DNA of 64,000 nt, from the NCBI GenBank assembly GCA_944384925.1, contig CALWVF010000039.1, positions 32,087 to 96,086 of the forward strand. Reading direction: 5' to 3'. The translations under genes and the position numbers were made by a program. The DNA is from an uncultured Clostridia bacterium (GTDB taxonomy: Bacteria > Bacillota > Clostridia > Oscillospirales > Acutalibacteraceae). Of the stretch, positions 1 through 9,884 are shown piece by piece (the first letter of the stretch is position 1; each line of letters opens with the position of its first letter). Below the pieces are notes generated by a model. That model saw nothing but the letters and a program-made list of their open reading frames with translations. It was not told the origin of the DNA and ran no database searches.

Positions 1-334
1 GGTCTGTATCCAATACAATGTCTGCAACAACTGAATCCGTCGCCCTTATACCATTAATATCAATATTTTGTACATAAACCCCATCAACAAATTCATTCCA
101 ATTAGTCCCAACTAAAACAGAATAAACAGCATTGACTCTGCTTAACTTATCTTTATCTGAATCTGTATAATCATTTGAAGATAGTCCTTTGTTCTTTACT
201 TTATCTACCTTATCATTAAGTGCAGATAATAAATCTAACTGACTTGATATAGTCCCTTTTATTTCACCCCATTTAGCACCAGATGACGATTGACCGACTA
301 CAAAACCACCATAAACATTACAATCCCCCGACAC
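1..334 (-). CDS. Tail-fibre-like protein, N-terminal part only (gene runs out of window)
   Basis: GTG at 334 lies 7 nt after a GGGGG SD. Translation VSGDCNVYGGFVVGQSSSGAKWGEIKGTISSQLDLLSALNDKVDKVKNKGLSSNDYTDSDKDKL... The KGLSxNDYT / AKWGEI motifs are shared with the 1483-1878 paralog and are typical of Firmicute phage fibre N-termini. Confidence 0.5.
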   Translation of the reverse strand, partial: MSGDCNVYGGFVVGQSSSGAKWGEIKGTISSQLDLLSALNDKVDKVKNKGLSSNDYTDSDKDKLSRVNAVYSVLVGTNWNEFVDGVYVQNIDINGIRATDSVVADIVLDTD

Positions 335-345
335 ACCATCACCCC

Positions 346-645
346 CTAATATATATAAGTAATAGTAACACTGGTATTTTCGCAAAATTTAAGTGATTCA
401 ATATCAACTAATCCATAAGCTAATTCAAAAGAGTTTGCTGGCATTAAAAATTCTATTCCGTTTATCATTAACTTAGTCGCTGACGGAGCCGCTATTGCAA
501 TCTTTTTAACAACTAATGGAGAAAAACGTAAAAATGACTTTGGATGCTTTTTTATCTCATTTTCTTTAAAAATTGGAATTAAATCTATATTAGCTTCTAC
601 ACTTCCAAAATAGCTTCCTGCTATACCTACTGCCAAAAATATCAC
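346..645 (-). CDS. Hypothetical phage protein (tail/fibre region)
   Basis: 99-aa ORF, co-oriented and tightly packed with neighbours. No recognisable motif. Confidence 0.4.
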   Translation of the reverse strand: MIFLAVGIAGSYFGSVEANIDLIPIFKENEIKKHPKSFLRFSPLVVKKIAIAAPSATKLMINGIEFLMPANSFELAYGLVDIESLKFCENTSVTITYIY

Positions 646-669
646 ATCCTTTTAATTTATTTTTATACT

Positions 670-1473
670 TTATGGATTACTTCTTTTCCATACTCCATTG
701 TCATTATAATAGCTAATACATGGTTTCCATATTTCATTATCTTTACAATATGGTACACAATTTTTCCAGATGCCTCTATCCATCACCTTTGAAGTGCCGC
801 CAATCACGCCTTCTACAAAAGCAGAGTTTATTCCCACTTCTTTATTACCTGACCATGTTCTAAGCGTAAATTTTATATTTGCCTTAAACCCTGCTTGTGG
901 CATTCCAAATTTTTGATAAATAGAAAGTATCTCATTATCTGAAAATGATATATATGTACCGCTGGAATACCCATACCATCCCTTAAACCATTCATTATTT
1001 ATATCAACATGTAAATCGTGGTTAAATGAATTACTATAAGACATATAACTCACGAAAAAAGGATTTTCAAATATTAATTGTGAGCAATCTAATATAATAC
1101 TCGGTTTTGCAACATCTACATCAATAGAATAATTGTATATATCCCCTGGGCAGCCTTCAGTCGGATAAAGCGAATTTAATCTAAAAAAGAATGATTGAGG
1201 CGTAGTTGTTACCCCATATTTCGCAATACTTAAAGAACCTGATTTAGCTGACCATCTATTAGTGCCTTTGGGAATTAAATCTATACGTTGTCCCAATGAA
1301 TTGTTTTCTCCATATTCTAATGCTACACCATATCCCCACCAGTCATATCCACCCATAGATGATAAAGTATAATTAAAATTAGCAGTCAGAGTACCACCAG
1401 AAATTGAATAATCAACTAATGAAATTACACAAGTTGGTCTAGGGTTTACTCCCATAATAAGGTTTATAGACAT
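670..1473 (-). CDS. Hypothetical phage structural protein (fibre-associated)
   Basis: 267-aa ORF between two fibre-like genes, Trp/Tyr/Gly rich. No enzymatic motif seen. Confidence 0.45.
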   Translation of the reverse strand: MSINLIMGVNPRPTCVISLVDYSISGGTLTANFNYTLSSMGGYDWWGYGVALEYGENNSLGQRIDLIPKGTNRWSAKSGSLSIAKYGVTTTPQSFFFRLNSLYPTEGCPGDIYNYSIDVDVAKPSIILDCSQLIFENPFFVSYMSYSNSFNHDLHVDINNEWFKGWYGYSSGTYISFSDNEILSIYQKFGMPQAGFKANIKFTLRTWSGNKEVGINSAFVEGVIGGTSKVMDRGIWKNCVPYCKDNEIWKPCISYYNDNGVWKRSNP

Positions 1474-1482
1474 ATAATCCCC

Positions 1483-1878
1483 CTAACTGTGCTTAAAGTA
1501 CAAGTCACCGTTTGAACCTCCTGATGGATTTCCAGTACCATGAGTAAATAAAGTAATATTGGAGGATAATGTTTTCCCATTTATCGTTCTAGTTATTGGT
1601 ACTGCTTGAATGTTGCCGGGTGTAACATTGACAACATTATTAGAATCAGGAATTATTAGTGTTCCATTTCCTTTTACCCCTTGTATTGCATTTAATGTCT
1701 TTGTTTTTTCCTCATCTGTATAGTCATTTGTCGAAAGACCTTTACCTTCAATTTTATCAACCTTTTTATCTAATTCATTTTTTAAATCAGTCTGTTCAGA
1801 AATTTCTCCTTCAATTTCACCCCATTTTGCAAATATAGTAAATCCTCCATATATATTGTTATCTTTAAACTCTGACAT
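1483..1878 (-). CDS. Short tail-fibre-like protein (paralog of the N-terminus at 1-334)
   Basis: Probable start is ATG 1878, after AGGAGG; the track start at 1902 lacks an SD. Carries NIYGGF..AKWGEIEGEIS..KVDKIEGKGLSTNDYTDEEK, matching the 1-334 product. Confidence 0.5.
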   Translation of the reverse strand: MSEFKDNNIYGGFTIFAKWGEIEGEISEQTDLKNELDKKVDKIEGKGLSTNDYTDEEKTKTLNAIQGVKGNGTLIIPDSNNVVNVTPGNIQAVPITRTINGKTLSSNITLFTHGTGNPSGGSNGDLYFKHS

Positions 1879-1903
1879 TAAATACCTCCTTAAAATCGTC
1901 ATA

Positions 1904-1934
1904 AAAAAGAGTGGATAAAATCTCCACTCTTTTT
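1904..1934 (-). terminator. Hairpin terminator after the putative tail tube gene
   Basis: AAAAAGAGTGGA / TCCACTCTTTTT stem with a 7-nt loop. U-tract on the minus strand immediately after the stop at 1945. Confidence 0.55.
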
Positions 1935-1944
1935 GATAAACACT

Positions 1945-2700
1945 TTATTTATAAATAGTATAAGTAGCCATGTCAGATGAATTTGTATCCTTTAATAAGT
2001 CAAATTCAATACTAAGCTTCGTTACATTCGCGGCATCCATTGTAATGGTAAAGTCTGATTTTGGCTTACAATTTAAGAAATCAATCTGTACAAATTCATC
2101 AACACCATCAGTTCCCCTAATATATGTGTCACCAATAACCTCAAAGTTTTCTGCAAACTTATTAGCATTAATTTTTAATTGCCTTATCTCTGGTGCGCTC
2201 TTTAAATAGTACACACATACTTTATCTCCCTCTTTAAAGTCAGTTGAGTTAACGGTAATTACCTTATCAGCTATAGAATATTCGCCTTCTTTTGTTTTAG
2301 GGTCTCCAACATTTAATTCCAAGGTATTAGTTATGCCGTCATCATCTAATTTATAGACTTGTAAACTTTCTGATACTGGTGTATCTAACAATGTAATAGT
2401 ATGTGTACTTGACACTGCTAAAGCTTCTCTTGCACAAATATTATTTGTACCCTTTTCAAATTCTGACCCTACTAACATAGAGATTAATTTTAGGTCAAAT
2501 ATTTCAAATTCTAACTTTAAAGTTCCTTCTCTGCCATAATCCCATCTTATTGCATTTACATCCTTCGACTTTGCATAAACATTTGATGCTTTCCACTCAT
2601 TTGTTGAAGTAGTTGCATAGTCCGCATACAAAAATACTTTTCCGTCTGATTTCTTTTTTATAGTTACATTTGCCGAGTCTTTAATACCATATATATTCAT
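1945..2700 (-). CDS. Putative major tail (tube) protein
   Basis: Start taken at ATG 2700 (MNIYGIKD...) after AGAAGGAGGA. About 250 aa, followed by a terminator, and sits between head-completion-sized genes and fibre genes. Assignment is by position only. Confidence 0.35.
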   Translation of the reverse strand: MNIYGIKDSANVTIKKKSDGKVFLYADYATTSTNEWKASNVYAKSKDVNAIRWDYGREGTLKLEFEIFDLKLISMLVGSEFEKGTNNICAREALAVSSTHTITLLDTPVSESLQVYKLDDDGITNTLELNVGDPKTKEGEYSIADKVITVNSTDFKEGDKVCVYYLKSAPEIRQLKINANKFAENFEVIGDTYIRGTDGVDEFVQIDFLNCKPKSDFTITMDAANVTKLSIEFDLLKDTNSSDMATYTIYK

Positions 2701-2744
2701 AAATTTCCTCCTTCTAAATAAAAAATGATTGCTCCCTACAATCA

Positions 2745-3431
2745 TTAATTTACTTTTATCTGTTCTAGCCAATGCTTATTTTCTATCAGTTCCTTTTCCC
2801 CTGATACGAGGAATATATCAAAGCTATCCTTGTATCCTGATTTACTCAATATAGTTTTATAACAATTGCTTATTCTCCATAAGCTCCATGTCATAATTTC
2901 AGACATAGGTATATGATACTCTCCCCCAAATTCACAAACATTTATCATGTCAAAAAGATGCAGTTGATTTTCTGATTCCTTTCTTTTTCTTCCTTTTTGA
3001 ATCTTATCCCAAATCTCTCTTTGCTTTTCAGAAGCAAATTTCGGTATTTTTTCAATTCTTGGTCTTTCTTTTGAATTGATTTTTAAAATTATATCTGAAA
3101 ATTCTTTAAAATTGTTTTTATCAAGATACCCATTATCTATATATAAACGCTTCAAACTTTCGTCAAACCTCATTTCATCAAGTCTGCAAAACTGTTTGAT
3201 AGCTGTTAACAAAATAGGAAGATTATTTTCCATTGTTAATACATCAAAGATTGATAGCTCACCAGTTTGTATAGGTAAGTTAAGTGTTTCTATATTAACA
3301 ATAAAAGGTAAAAGCTGATAATTATACTCTTCAATACCAACTTCTAAAATCTCCGACAATGACGGTTGATATATTTTTATCTTATTAAAAATAATTGGTT
3401 GTTGAGTGATTAATTGCAATCTAATATCCAT
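2745..3431 (-). CDS. Hypothetical phage structural/assembly protein
   Basis: 228-aa ORF in the late operon. No motif recognised. Confidence 0.4.
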   Translation of the reverse strand: MDIRLQLITQQPIIFNKIKIYQPSLSEILEVGIEEYNYQLLPFIVNIETLNLPIQTGELSIFDVLTMENNLPILLTAIKQFCRLDEMRFDESLKRLYIDNGYLDKNNFKEFSDIILKINSKERPRIEKIPKFASEKQREIWDKIQKGRKRKESENQLHLFDMINVCEFGGEYHIPMSEIMTWSLWRISNCYKTILSKSGYKDSFDIFLVSGEKELIENKHWLEQIKVN

Positions 3432-3439
3432 ATCTTCTC

Positions 3440-3937
3440 CTATTTTACACCATAAAAGTCTATAACCTTAAAATTAATACAGCCCCCTATATATCCACTC
3501 CCGTCATCAACCTCTATATCACCTCTAGTTCCAACCTCTAAGTCCCCTATTCCTGTCTCTGAAAACGTCTTTTCAAGTTCATCAATTATAAAATCATATC
3601 TAATCCCATAATCTGTATTTTCAAGACAAATGGGAGTAAGAACATAAAAATATATAATCCCACCTCTATACTTCATACCACTTTTTATGAAGTTAATATA
3701 TCGTGTCGTTATATAAGATTTACTATCTGTAGTAGCTTCAATGTTTTTTATATATGGAAATATTCTTTCCCTAATAAGTTTTGATGGCTTATTTAAAAGT
3801 TCGAGTTGTTGGTCTGAAGGAATCCTTGTAAGAAAATCAGGTGAATCTATAATTAATGCTCTAAGTATATTTTTGTTGCTTAAAATTTCAGCCATAATTT
3901 TATTTTTTATCTCCGTTAGAGTTTGACCCATTATCAA
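3440..3937 (-). CDS. Hypothetical phage structural protein (head-tail joining size class)
   Basis: 165-aa ORF, tightly packed in the late operon. Confidence 0.4.
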   Translation of the reverse strand: MIMGQTLTEIKNKIMAEILSNKNILRALIIDSPDFLTRIPSDQQLELLNKPSKLIRERIFPYIKNIEATTDSKSYITTRYINFIKSGMKYRGGIIYFYVLTPICLENTDYGIRYDFIIDELEKTFSETGIGDLEVGTRGDIEVDDGSGYIGGCINFKVIDFYGVK

Positions 3938-3952
3938 ACTAAGTTCCTCCTA

Positions 3953-4951
3953 TCAAATCAAAGACTTTATAGTAAATATTCTCTCACTTTTAATTTCCTT
4001 ATTTTCTTCCAGTACAGCCTTTAATATAAATTGTTTTCCTACATGTCTTCCATTAGTCCCAGCAGAAATTGTATATTGATTATCGCCATTTGAAAATAGA
4101 CTAGCATAAGTACATTTTGAACCATCCAGGTTAAACAAAGTGACACTTATATTCCCTACCTTAGAATCGTTTGTACTACACGTTAAGTTTAAACTTTCTC
4201 CTAAATATATAGTTGAGACACTAGGCATTATATTTATAATGCTATCGTCCCCGCTGATTGACTTTTGACTTGTGTTTTGTGTTTGGCTATAATAGTTAGC
4301 TATTCCTAATTCAAAATTGTCATCAGGTTCAGGCTTATCATCATTTAATTCAATTACTATAAGTCCTCCATCTATATCTCTTTGAGTTAAATTTTCAAGG
4401 CTTTCAACATTATAACATAACCCATTTATTATAAATCTTCTGCCTATATCCTTCACTCTATTTAAATACCCCAAGTCAGGGCAATACACAGTAAACTTCG
4501 ATGATGAATATCTTAAATAATCATTATCACTGGCATTTATATAATTTCTCGTTCCTACAGTAACAGCACATGGTAATTCTTTTATTTCGCCACTTTTATA
4601 AAACCTTAAAGTATGAACTGATTTAGCAAGTACACCTGTAATAGTAAGCATCTTATTTGTCATTATTTCTGTAACAAACCAAGTACAATCATCAAATGAT
4701 AATATATCCCCTACCTTTAAGTGTTCATTAGGTTTCGTCATTACTTTATAACTTTTTCCACCTATAACATTATTTGTGTCCACGTAATATATTACTTTTG
4801 TACTCTTTCCGTTTAGTAAAACCTCTTTACATGAAACATTGCTATCAAAGTCATACTTAAATGCATTTTTCATAGCAGTAATCTCGGTTTCTTGAACTGT
4901 TCTATTTAGTGAATTGTTTATCAAGCGATAATAAGATATGTCCTTTTTCAT
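3953..4951 (-). CDS. Phage structural protein with C-terminal Ig-like (Big_2-type) domain
   Basis: Probable start is ATG 4951 after AGGTGA. The C-terminal ~90 aa (IMPSVSTIYLGESLNLTC...YTISAGTNG...FILKAVL) has the alternating pattern of bacterial Ig-like domains common on phage virions. Confidence 0.45.
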   Translation of the reverse strand: MKKDISYYRLINNSLNRTVQETEITAMKNAFKYDFDSNVSCKEVLLNGKSTKVIYYVDTNNVIGGKSYKVMTKPNEHLKVGDILSFDDCTWFVTEIMTNKMLTITGVLAKSVHTLRFYKSGEIKELPCAVTVGTRNYINASDNDYLRYSSSKFTVYCPDLGYLNRVKDIGRRFIINGLCYNVESLENLTQRDIDGGLIVIELNDDKPEPDDNFELGIANYYSQTQNTSQKSISGDDSIINIMPSVSTIYLGESLNLTCSTNDSKVGNISVTLFNLDGSKCTYASLFSNGDNQYTISAGTNGRHVGKQFILKAVLEENKEIKSERIFTIKSLI

Positions 4952-4960
4952 AAACATCAC

Positions 4961-5446
4961 CTACAAGCCATACAAGGAATAATCAGTAGTTTTTAGTTTT
5001 CCTGTCAGTCTATCAGTAGCCTCATAGTCTTTTATTCTCTGCATATTATCCGCTTGAACATCTTTATACATATCCATAAATGTTCGTCTTTCATTAGCCG
5101 GACTAAAAGTATTCAAATCCTTTGTGGTAAACCTATTAGATTGAGCTTTTAGCATAGAAATGTCCCTTTCTAAATACTTCTCGAACATTATATCTACAAT
5201 TAAGTCTATTTCAGTTTGAGTCAAGTCCTCATTATGTACATCATTTTGTGTATCATAATTCATAAAATTTATATTAGAGGTGCATTTGAGGAAGAGATGC
5301 GCCAACGCTGACAATAAATATGACTTAGCACGTTCTCTTATTATTTCTTCTGCATCTTCAGGTTTGACATCGTTATACATAAAAAAATCCCTGTCCTTTT
5401 CTAATTTATCAAAGAACAAGGCATAAAAGGTTTCAAACTTTACCAT
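4961..5446 (-). CDS. Hypothetical phage head-completion/connector-size protein
   Basis: ATG 5446 lies 7 nt after GGGGG. About 161 aa, acidic. Confidence 0.4.
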   Translation of the reverse strand: MVKFETFYALFFDKLEKDRDFFMYNDVKPEDAEEIIRERAKSYLLSALAHLFLKCTSNINFMNYDTQNDVHNEDLTQTEIDLIVDIMFEKYLERDISMLKAQSNRFTTKDLNTFSPANERRTFMDMYKDVQADNMQRIKDYEATDRLTGKLKTTDYSLYGL

Positions 5447-5464
5447 TAACACACCCCCAATATT

Positions 5465-6139
5465 TTATTGTATTTTTTTAGATTTACTGCGTTTTGAACT
5501 TGATGTTGAAGCTTCTATATTAGAAGATTTTTCGTCTTTATCGTTCTTTTGTATATCATTAATCTTAAATAGTTGCTTTTTTAATTCTTCTATCTGTTCT
5601 TTTAATATATTTACATCATCGTTATCAGACGAGGTATCAACAGGGTTAATTATAATCTTTGTATTAACAATGCCCCTGCTAAGTTCCTTATACCTCGTTT
5701 CAATAATGCTTTGCACTCTAATTGAAATATCATATGTTCCACACTTCTTTAATTTAGAAAAGACTCCCCTTATCCTTTCAAAGTAACTTACTGTTTTAAC
5801 ATCAATTAACCTTTGCAGTCCTTTTTTAGTAGGATTCAATATGATATTTTCTATGTCCTTTTGAGAAAGTATTAATTGCCATTCTTTAATGCCCAAGCTC
5901 TCATACAGTATATCTTTATCTTCATGCTCGAAAAATAAGTAACCTTCTCTGAATATATTAGAAGTGCTATTAACCACCTTTATTTCCGAGTAAGGAATTA
6001 TTTGTACGGACGGCACACCATTTGTACAAGGTTCAAATTTATAGCTTGTAGCATTAGAATTAACAATAATAGGGCAAGGCATATAATTTAAGACGGTTAT
6101 CATACTCGTATTATCTATAGAACTCAAAATTTCTACCAC
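5465..6139 (-). CDS. Hypothetical phage protein with Lys/Ser-rich C-terminal tail
   Basis: 224-aa ORF directly downstream of the putative capsid gene. Coiled-coil and low-complexity C-terminus. Confidence 0.4.
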   Translation of the reverse strand: MVEILSSIDNTSMITVLNYMPCPIIVNSNATSYKFEPCTNGVPSVQIIPYSEIKVVNSTSNIFREGYLFFEHEDKDILYESLGIKEWQLILSQKDIENIILNPTKKGLQRLIDVKTVSYFERIRGVFSKLKKCGTYDISIRVQSIIETRYKELSRGIVNTKIIINPVDTSSDNDDVNILKEQIEELKKQLFKINDIQKNDKDEKSSNIEASTSSSKRSKSKKIQ

Positions 6140-6153
6140 CTTACAATCAAGAT

Positions 6154-7149
6154 TTATACCAATACTAGCTTAGATATATTTTCAGGTTTAGTGAACATGT
6201 AGCCAAACTCAAAGCCTGTCAGCTTAATTTCTACTACTTCTGATTTATTGTTAAAATCCTCGTACATTCTCAATGCACCACGCATATCAAGCGTACCAAT
6301 TTTATCCGCAAACCCAAAGAGCTTTTTATCAGGCAACGCTGGTATATCATTAACTTTAACAGCAGATGGAATATGCGCTATTCTAGCTCCATTGTAAAAA
6401 TTTATTAGACCATAACGGTTATAGTTATCTTTCATATCATTAGACATAAAGGAAGTTTGACCTGCCATATTAGCTATTTGCTGTGCATAAGCTGAACGGC
6501 ATACAACAAATGGATTTACTCCACGTTCTATAATATAAAGTATTAATGCATTTAAATCAGCCTGGGTAAGTACTGCCCCTGCCGCTCCTATGTATTGTTC
6601 TGTATTAGCCGCAGTTATTAAACTATCTATTGCATCAAATACACTTCTGAACATAGCATTCTTTAGAGCTTCCTCTGCAAACATTGTTAGATTTGAAACT
6701 GTCTTAAAGCCATTTTTACGAAGCTCTGTGTAACGTACTTCTGTTTCTACCTGTTTATGTTGCCACATAGGCTTCATTTCTTTATAGTCAATGTATGATT
6801 TAGGTACATTCCCTCCTTTAGCGGCATCATGTACTATCAAAGTGTTTTTGGGGTCAATAAGTCCCTGTATATCATCAAATTCATCAATTGTACCTCTATC
6901 AAAAAGTTCATCTAATAAGGCATCAGGATAGTCATAAATAACTGGTTCTATTGTCTTTATAACAAAAGCTGCTAATTCATGCTCTGGGTCTGACCCCCTT
7001 TCTCCAATACCTTTAGCCCATGCATTAACAACCTGGGATATCTCTTTTTCCTCTGAATTTAAGGTTTTATTGTATCTTGCTTTAGATGCAACGTGATAGA
7101 CCTTGTTATCATAATCTTCTACAATAGAAGCTATTTCATTTTTTAGCAT
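6154..7149 (-). CDS. Putative major capsid protein
   Basis: ATG 7149 after AAGGAGGA. About 331 aa. Position is scaffold/protease, then a small protein, then this gene. No motif-level proof. Confidence 0.5.
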   Translation of the reverse strand: MLKNEIASIVEDYDNKVYHVASKARYNKTLNSEEKEISQVVNAWAKGIGERGSDPEHELAAFVIKTIEPVIYDYPDALLDELFDRGTIDEFDDIQGLIDPKNTLIVHDAAKGGNVPKSYIDYKEMKPMWQHKQVETEVRYTELRKNGFKTVSNLTMFAEEALKNAMFRSVFDAIDSLITAANTEQYIGAAGAVLTQADLNALILYIIERGVNPFVVCRSAYAQQIANMAGQTSFMSNDMKDNYNRYGLINFYNGARIAHIPSAVKVNDIPALPDKKLFGFADKIGTLDMRGALRMYEDFNNKSEVVEIKLTGFEFGYMFTKPENISKLVLV

Positions 7150-7204
7150 ATTTAAGTCCTCCTTATTTTTATAAAATAAAAAGCTATCCACATTAATGGA
7201 AATC

Positions 7205-7651
7205 TTAATATAAAACCTCTATTTTATATAAATTTTTTACACCACAATCATTTACAATTCCTCTGCATATATATCCTGTTTCATCTGTTGATTTTTTACC
7301 AAGACCATTTGTCCCATAAGTTATATAATCCCCTGATGCAAGTTCCCCTGAAATCTGGTCGGTTGCAAAAACCTCTCCTTTTGTATAAGGTACTAAAACC
7401 ATTCTTTCTCCTGCTTTTACTGTTTCATATGCATCAGTATAATCTGGTCTAATTGTATAAGCACTCCCTAAGTCGCTATTATCTATTGGTTCTTTATCAA
7501 CAAAGAATACTCCATTTACTCCTTCCTTTGAAAGAAAAGACGTTAAACCATTCTCACCTTTTGTCACTGCCATTCCTCTTTTTAATTCAGCATGTGCCTT
7601 ATATGTAGCATCAACACCCTTTTGTGAATTATTAATAATATTTCTAAGCAT
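7205..7651 (-). CDS. Hypothetical head protein (decoration/DUF2190-size class)
   Basis: 148-aa ORF between the scaffold-like and capsid-like genes. Confidence 0.35.
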   Translation of the reverse strand: MLRNIINNSQKGVDATYKAHAELKRGMAVTKGENGLTSFLSKEGVNGVFFVDKEPIDNSDLGSAYTIRPDYTDAYETVKAGERMVLVPYTKGEVFATDQISGELASGDYITYGTNGLGKKSTDETGYICRGIVNDCGVKNLYKIEVLY

Positions 7652-7668
7652 AAAAATTCTCCTTACCT

Positions 7669-9126
7669 CTAATTTCTAATATATTCTTTCACAGAAAATG
7701 TAGATTTAAATTCATTATTCCCTGCAAGATTTATATTTGGTATCTTTTGTTTAAAACATGATGCTTCAATCTTTGATTCACTTTCATTATTTGAAAACTT
7801 ATCAACTAACCTATCAGCAATGATAGACTTAATTCCAACTATATCTAAATTATTAACCATATCTTTTATTTCTTTTGAGTTTTCAATTTCATCTTGCGTT
7901 ATATATCCAGACTTAATAGCATAATCACATAATTTAGTTTTTTCTTTTTCAAGTTCAGTTTTCTTTTCAGCTCTTTCCATCTCATCAATTTTATCTTTAA
8001 AAGGTTTAAGTCTTTCTACTTCATCTGAAAGGGCTTTAATCTTGGTAGACATTTCAATAATTGTATTGTTTTTAGCTTTTAATACATTATCCATTTCTGG
8101 AATAGCAACCGTAAGCTTACAGTTTTGGGGTTCTCCCAATATCAAATCATCATTTTCTATTGAATATGTAACCACTATATAATCAGTGTCTGTCGCTTTA
8201 TAATCCCATTTTCTAATCCAAGCTGTGTTTATATTAGGGAATAGTAAAAATACATCTACACACTCTTTATACTCTTCCTCCCAAGACTGTATTATCTTTC
8301 TTCGCATATCATTGTCTGTTAACTCCGATGCAATCACATTTTCAATATCATCAACTGAATTATTAACCCTATTAATAGCATCTTTTCTACTTTTCCCTTT
8401 TGATGGAATCATATTGTTTTCCTCCCTTATGTTATTATCTATATATAAACTTTTAAAAACGTCATTTGTTAAAGCTTCTGCCAGTAGCAATTCATTGTTC
8501 TTAAAAGAATTATTGTAATTAGCACACTCTAAAGACTCGCAATATTCCACTACTCCAGCATTTGGGATAGCTCCTAATACATTAGAGCCTAGTAATGTAT
8601 TACCTATAAATACTATATCCTCTAGTATTTTGCCCTGTGGTACTTTTCTTGATTTTCTTACACTTATCTCCCATGACGAAGAAATTTGATTCTTTCGATA
8701 CAAATCTTCAAAAACATCAAAGTACTCTGGGAACCTACTTGACCAAAGCTTTGCTTTTATTAAAATACATGCTCTTTCTCGGTCATATCCATTTACCTTT
8801 CTTTTTTCAATCCATGAATCTATTACAGACCCTATAGCTGTTGTTCCAAAAGTTGCTTCAATAACACCATTTTTATTAGCTTTATATCGTAATTCATGAC
8901 CTCCATAATCTATTGGGTTGCCATTCTTATCTTTAATTAATTTTGCCAGTATCGGGAAACCTATAATGCTTTTATAACATTTTTCTCCTACCTCTTTAGG
9001 TATTAGTCTATGGTTTAAATCCCACTCATCTAACACTGAAATTAAAAACGTAGCTATTTTATAATCCTCATAACTAGAAATATCAATAGGTTCGCCGCTT
9101 ACATAAATATTTTCATTCATACTCAT
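7669..9126 (-). CDS. Putative prohead scaffold (possibly protease-scaffold fusion)
   Basis: 485 aa. N-terminal globular half plus a C-terminal long charged coiled coil (KIKALSDEVERLKPFKDKIDEMERAEKKTELEKEK...). Sits upstream of the capsid-like gene. Confidence 0.4.
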   Translation of the reverse strand: MSMNENIYVSGEPIDISSYEDYKIATFLISVLDEWDLNHRLIPKEVGEKCYKSIIGFPILAKLIKDKNGNPIDYGGHELRYKANKNGVIEATFGTTAIGSVIDSWIEKRKVNGYDRERACILIKAKLWSSRFPEYFDVFEDLYRKNQISSSWEISVRKSRKVPQGKILEDIVFIGNTLLGSNVLGAIPNAGVVEYCESLECANYNNSFKNNELLLAEALTNDVFKSLYIDNNIREENNMIPSKGKSRKDAINRVNNSVDDIENVIASELTDNDMRRKIIQSWEEEYKECVDVFLLFPNINTAWIRKWDYKATDTDYIVVTYSIENDDLILGEPQNCKLTVAIPEMDNVLKAKNNTIIEMSTKIKALSDEVERLKPFKDKIDEMERAEKKTELEKEKTKLCDYAIKSGYITQDEIENSKEIKDMVNNLDIVGIKSIIADRLVDKFSNNESESKIEASCFKQKIPNINLAGNNEFKSTFSVKEYIRN

Positions 9127-9160
9127 TCACCCTCTTTCTTAATTTTATTTTTTTATTCTT

Positions 9161-9367
9161 CTACTTTTGCTTCCAAACTATTAACCCACGTACTGCAAGT
9201 AATGTATAGACTGCAAATAAAGCACCTTGTGCATACGCTCCAATTGAAAAATCATAAACCGTCCAGAACATATTTGACCCCAACCAAAGCCAAAAACCTG
9301 TCCTAATCTTCTCTGCGTTTAAAATTGTTCCTGCAAGTGCAACTGCTGATATAACCCACGTAAGCAT
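9161..9367 (-). CDS. Small membrane protein (2-3 TM, PnuC-like repeat; possible holin-like)
   Basis: 68 aa, strongly hydrophobic with Trp-rich ends. Immediately follows an XkdX-family gene. Confidence 0.4.
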   Translation of the reverse strand: MLTWVISAVALAGTILNAEKIRTGFWLWLGSNMFWTVYDFSIGAYAQGALFAVYTLLAVRGLIVWKQK

Positions 9368-9388
9368 AAGTCCAACCCCACTTACACA

Positions 9389-9532
9389 TTATTTTTCTGC
9401 TTCAACAAGCTTTTCGCCTGTTATTTCTTCATATTGTTCCGCTGTAATTACTTTCTTTTCTACTGCTTTTGCTACCATTTGTTTATTCCATAACTTTCGC
9501 TCAAAATTCTTTTTAATTTGTTCATATGTCAT
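9389..9532 (-). CDS. xkdX: XkdX-family phage protein (47 aa, missing from the ORF track)
   Basis: ATG 9532 after AAGGAG. MTYEQIKKNFERKLWNKQMVAKAVEKKVITAEQYEEITGEKLVEAEK. The ITAEQYEEITGE signature is characteristic of XkdX. Confidence 0.8.
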   Translation of the reverse strand: MTYEQIKKNFERKLWNKQMVAKAVEKKVITAEQYEEITGEKLVEAEK

Positions 9533-9546
9533 TTTTCATTTCTCCT

Positions 9547-9873
9547 TTACATATTTACTAGATTTTGATATTCCAAAGCCGCCGCTATCCTTTCTTCGGC
9601 TGTTGGATCTGCTTCTGGAATAGGCGCATTTCTAATTTCTTCTATTTTTGCAATGGCTTCATCCTCTGTTAAAGAAGATTCTATACCCATTTGTGAACGG
9701 ACAGCCGCTAAATTCTGCACTGCAAAACATACTTGCCCTGCTTCATCCGTTTCTATGATATGTGTAAATGTTTCTACTGCTGGGAAAGTTGTTTTTATTA
9801 TTTCCGGCGTTGCTAATTCTCCATTTGGGAACATATACGTTTTTGTGCCTGTGTATTTTTCAATTTTAATCAT
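9547..9873 (-). CDS. Hypothetical fibre-module protein (XkdW-position)
   Basis: 108 aa, between the propeller protein and XkdX. C-terminal PTAEERIAAALEYQNLVNM helix. Confidence 0.4.
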   Translation of the reverse strand: MIKIEKYTGTKTYMFPNGELATPEIIKTTFPAVETFTHIIETDEAGQVCFAVQNLAAVRSQMGIESSLTEDEAIAKIEEIRNAPIPEADPTAEERIAAALEYQNLVNM

Positions 9874-9884
9874 CTTTATTCCTC

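Noticed and set aside
1970-2209. Numerous 60-105-aa ORFs antisense to long genes (e.g. 1970-2209, 3076-3318, 8225-8518, 9653-9943, 14079-14276, 19646-19858, 28095-28352, 28969-29280, 30364-30720, 40146-40379, 47042-47454, 49844-50119, 54459-55091, 57124-57453, 58853-59122, 61431-61736)
   Set aside because: All are embedded in, and antisense or out of frame to, well-supported genes. They lack SD sequences and have Leu/Ile/Phe/Ser-rich compositions typical of AT-rich antisense frames.
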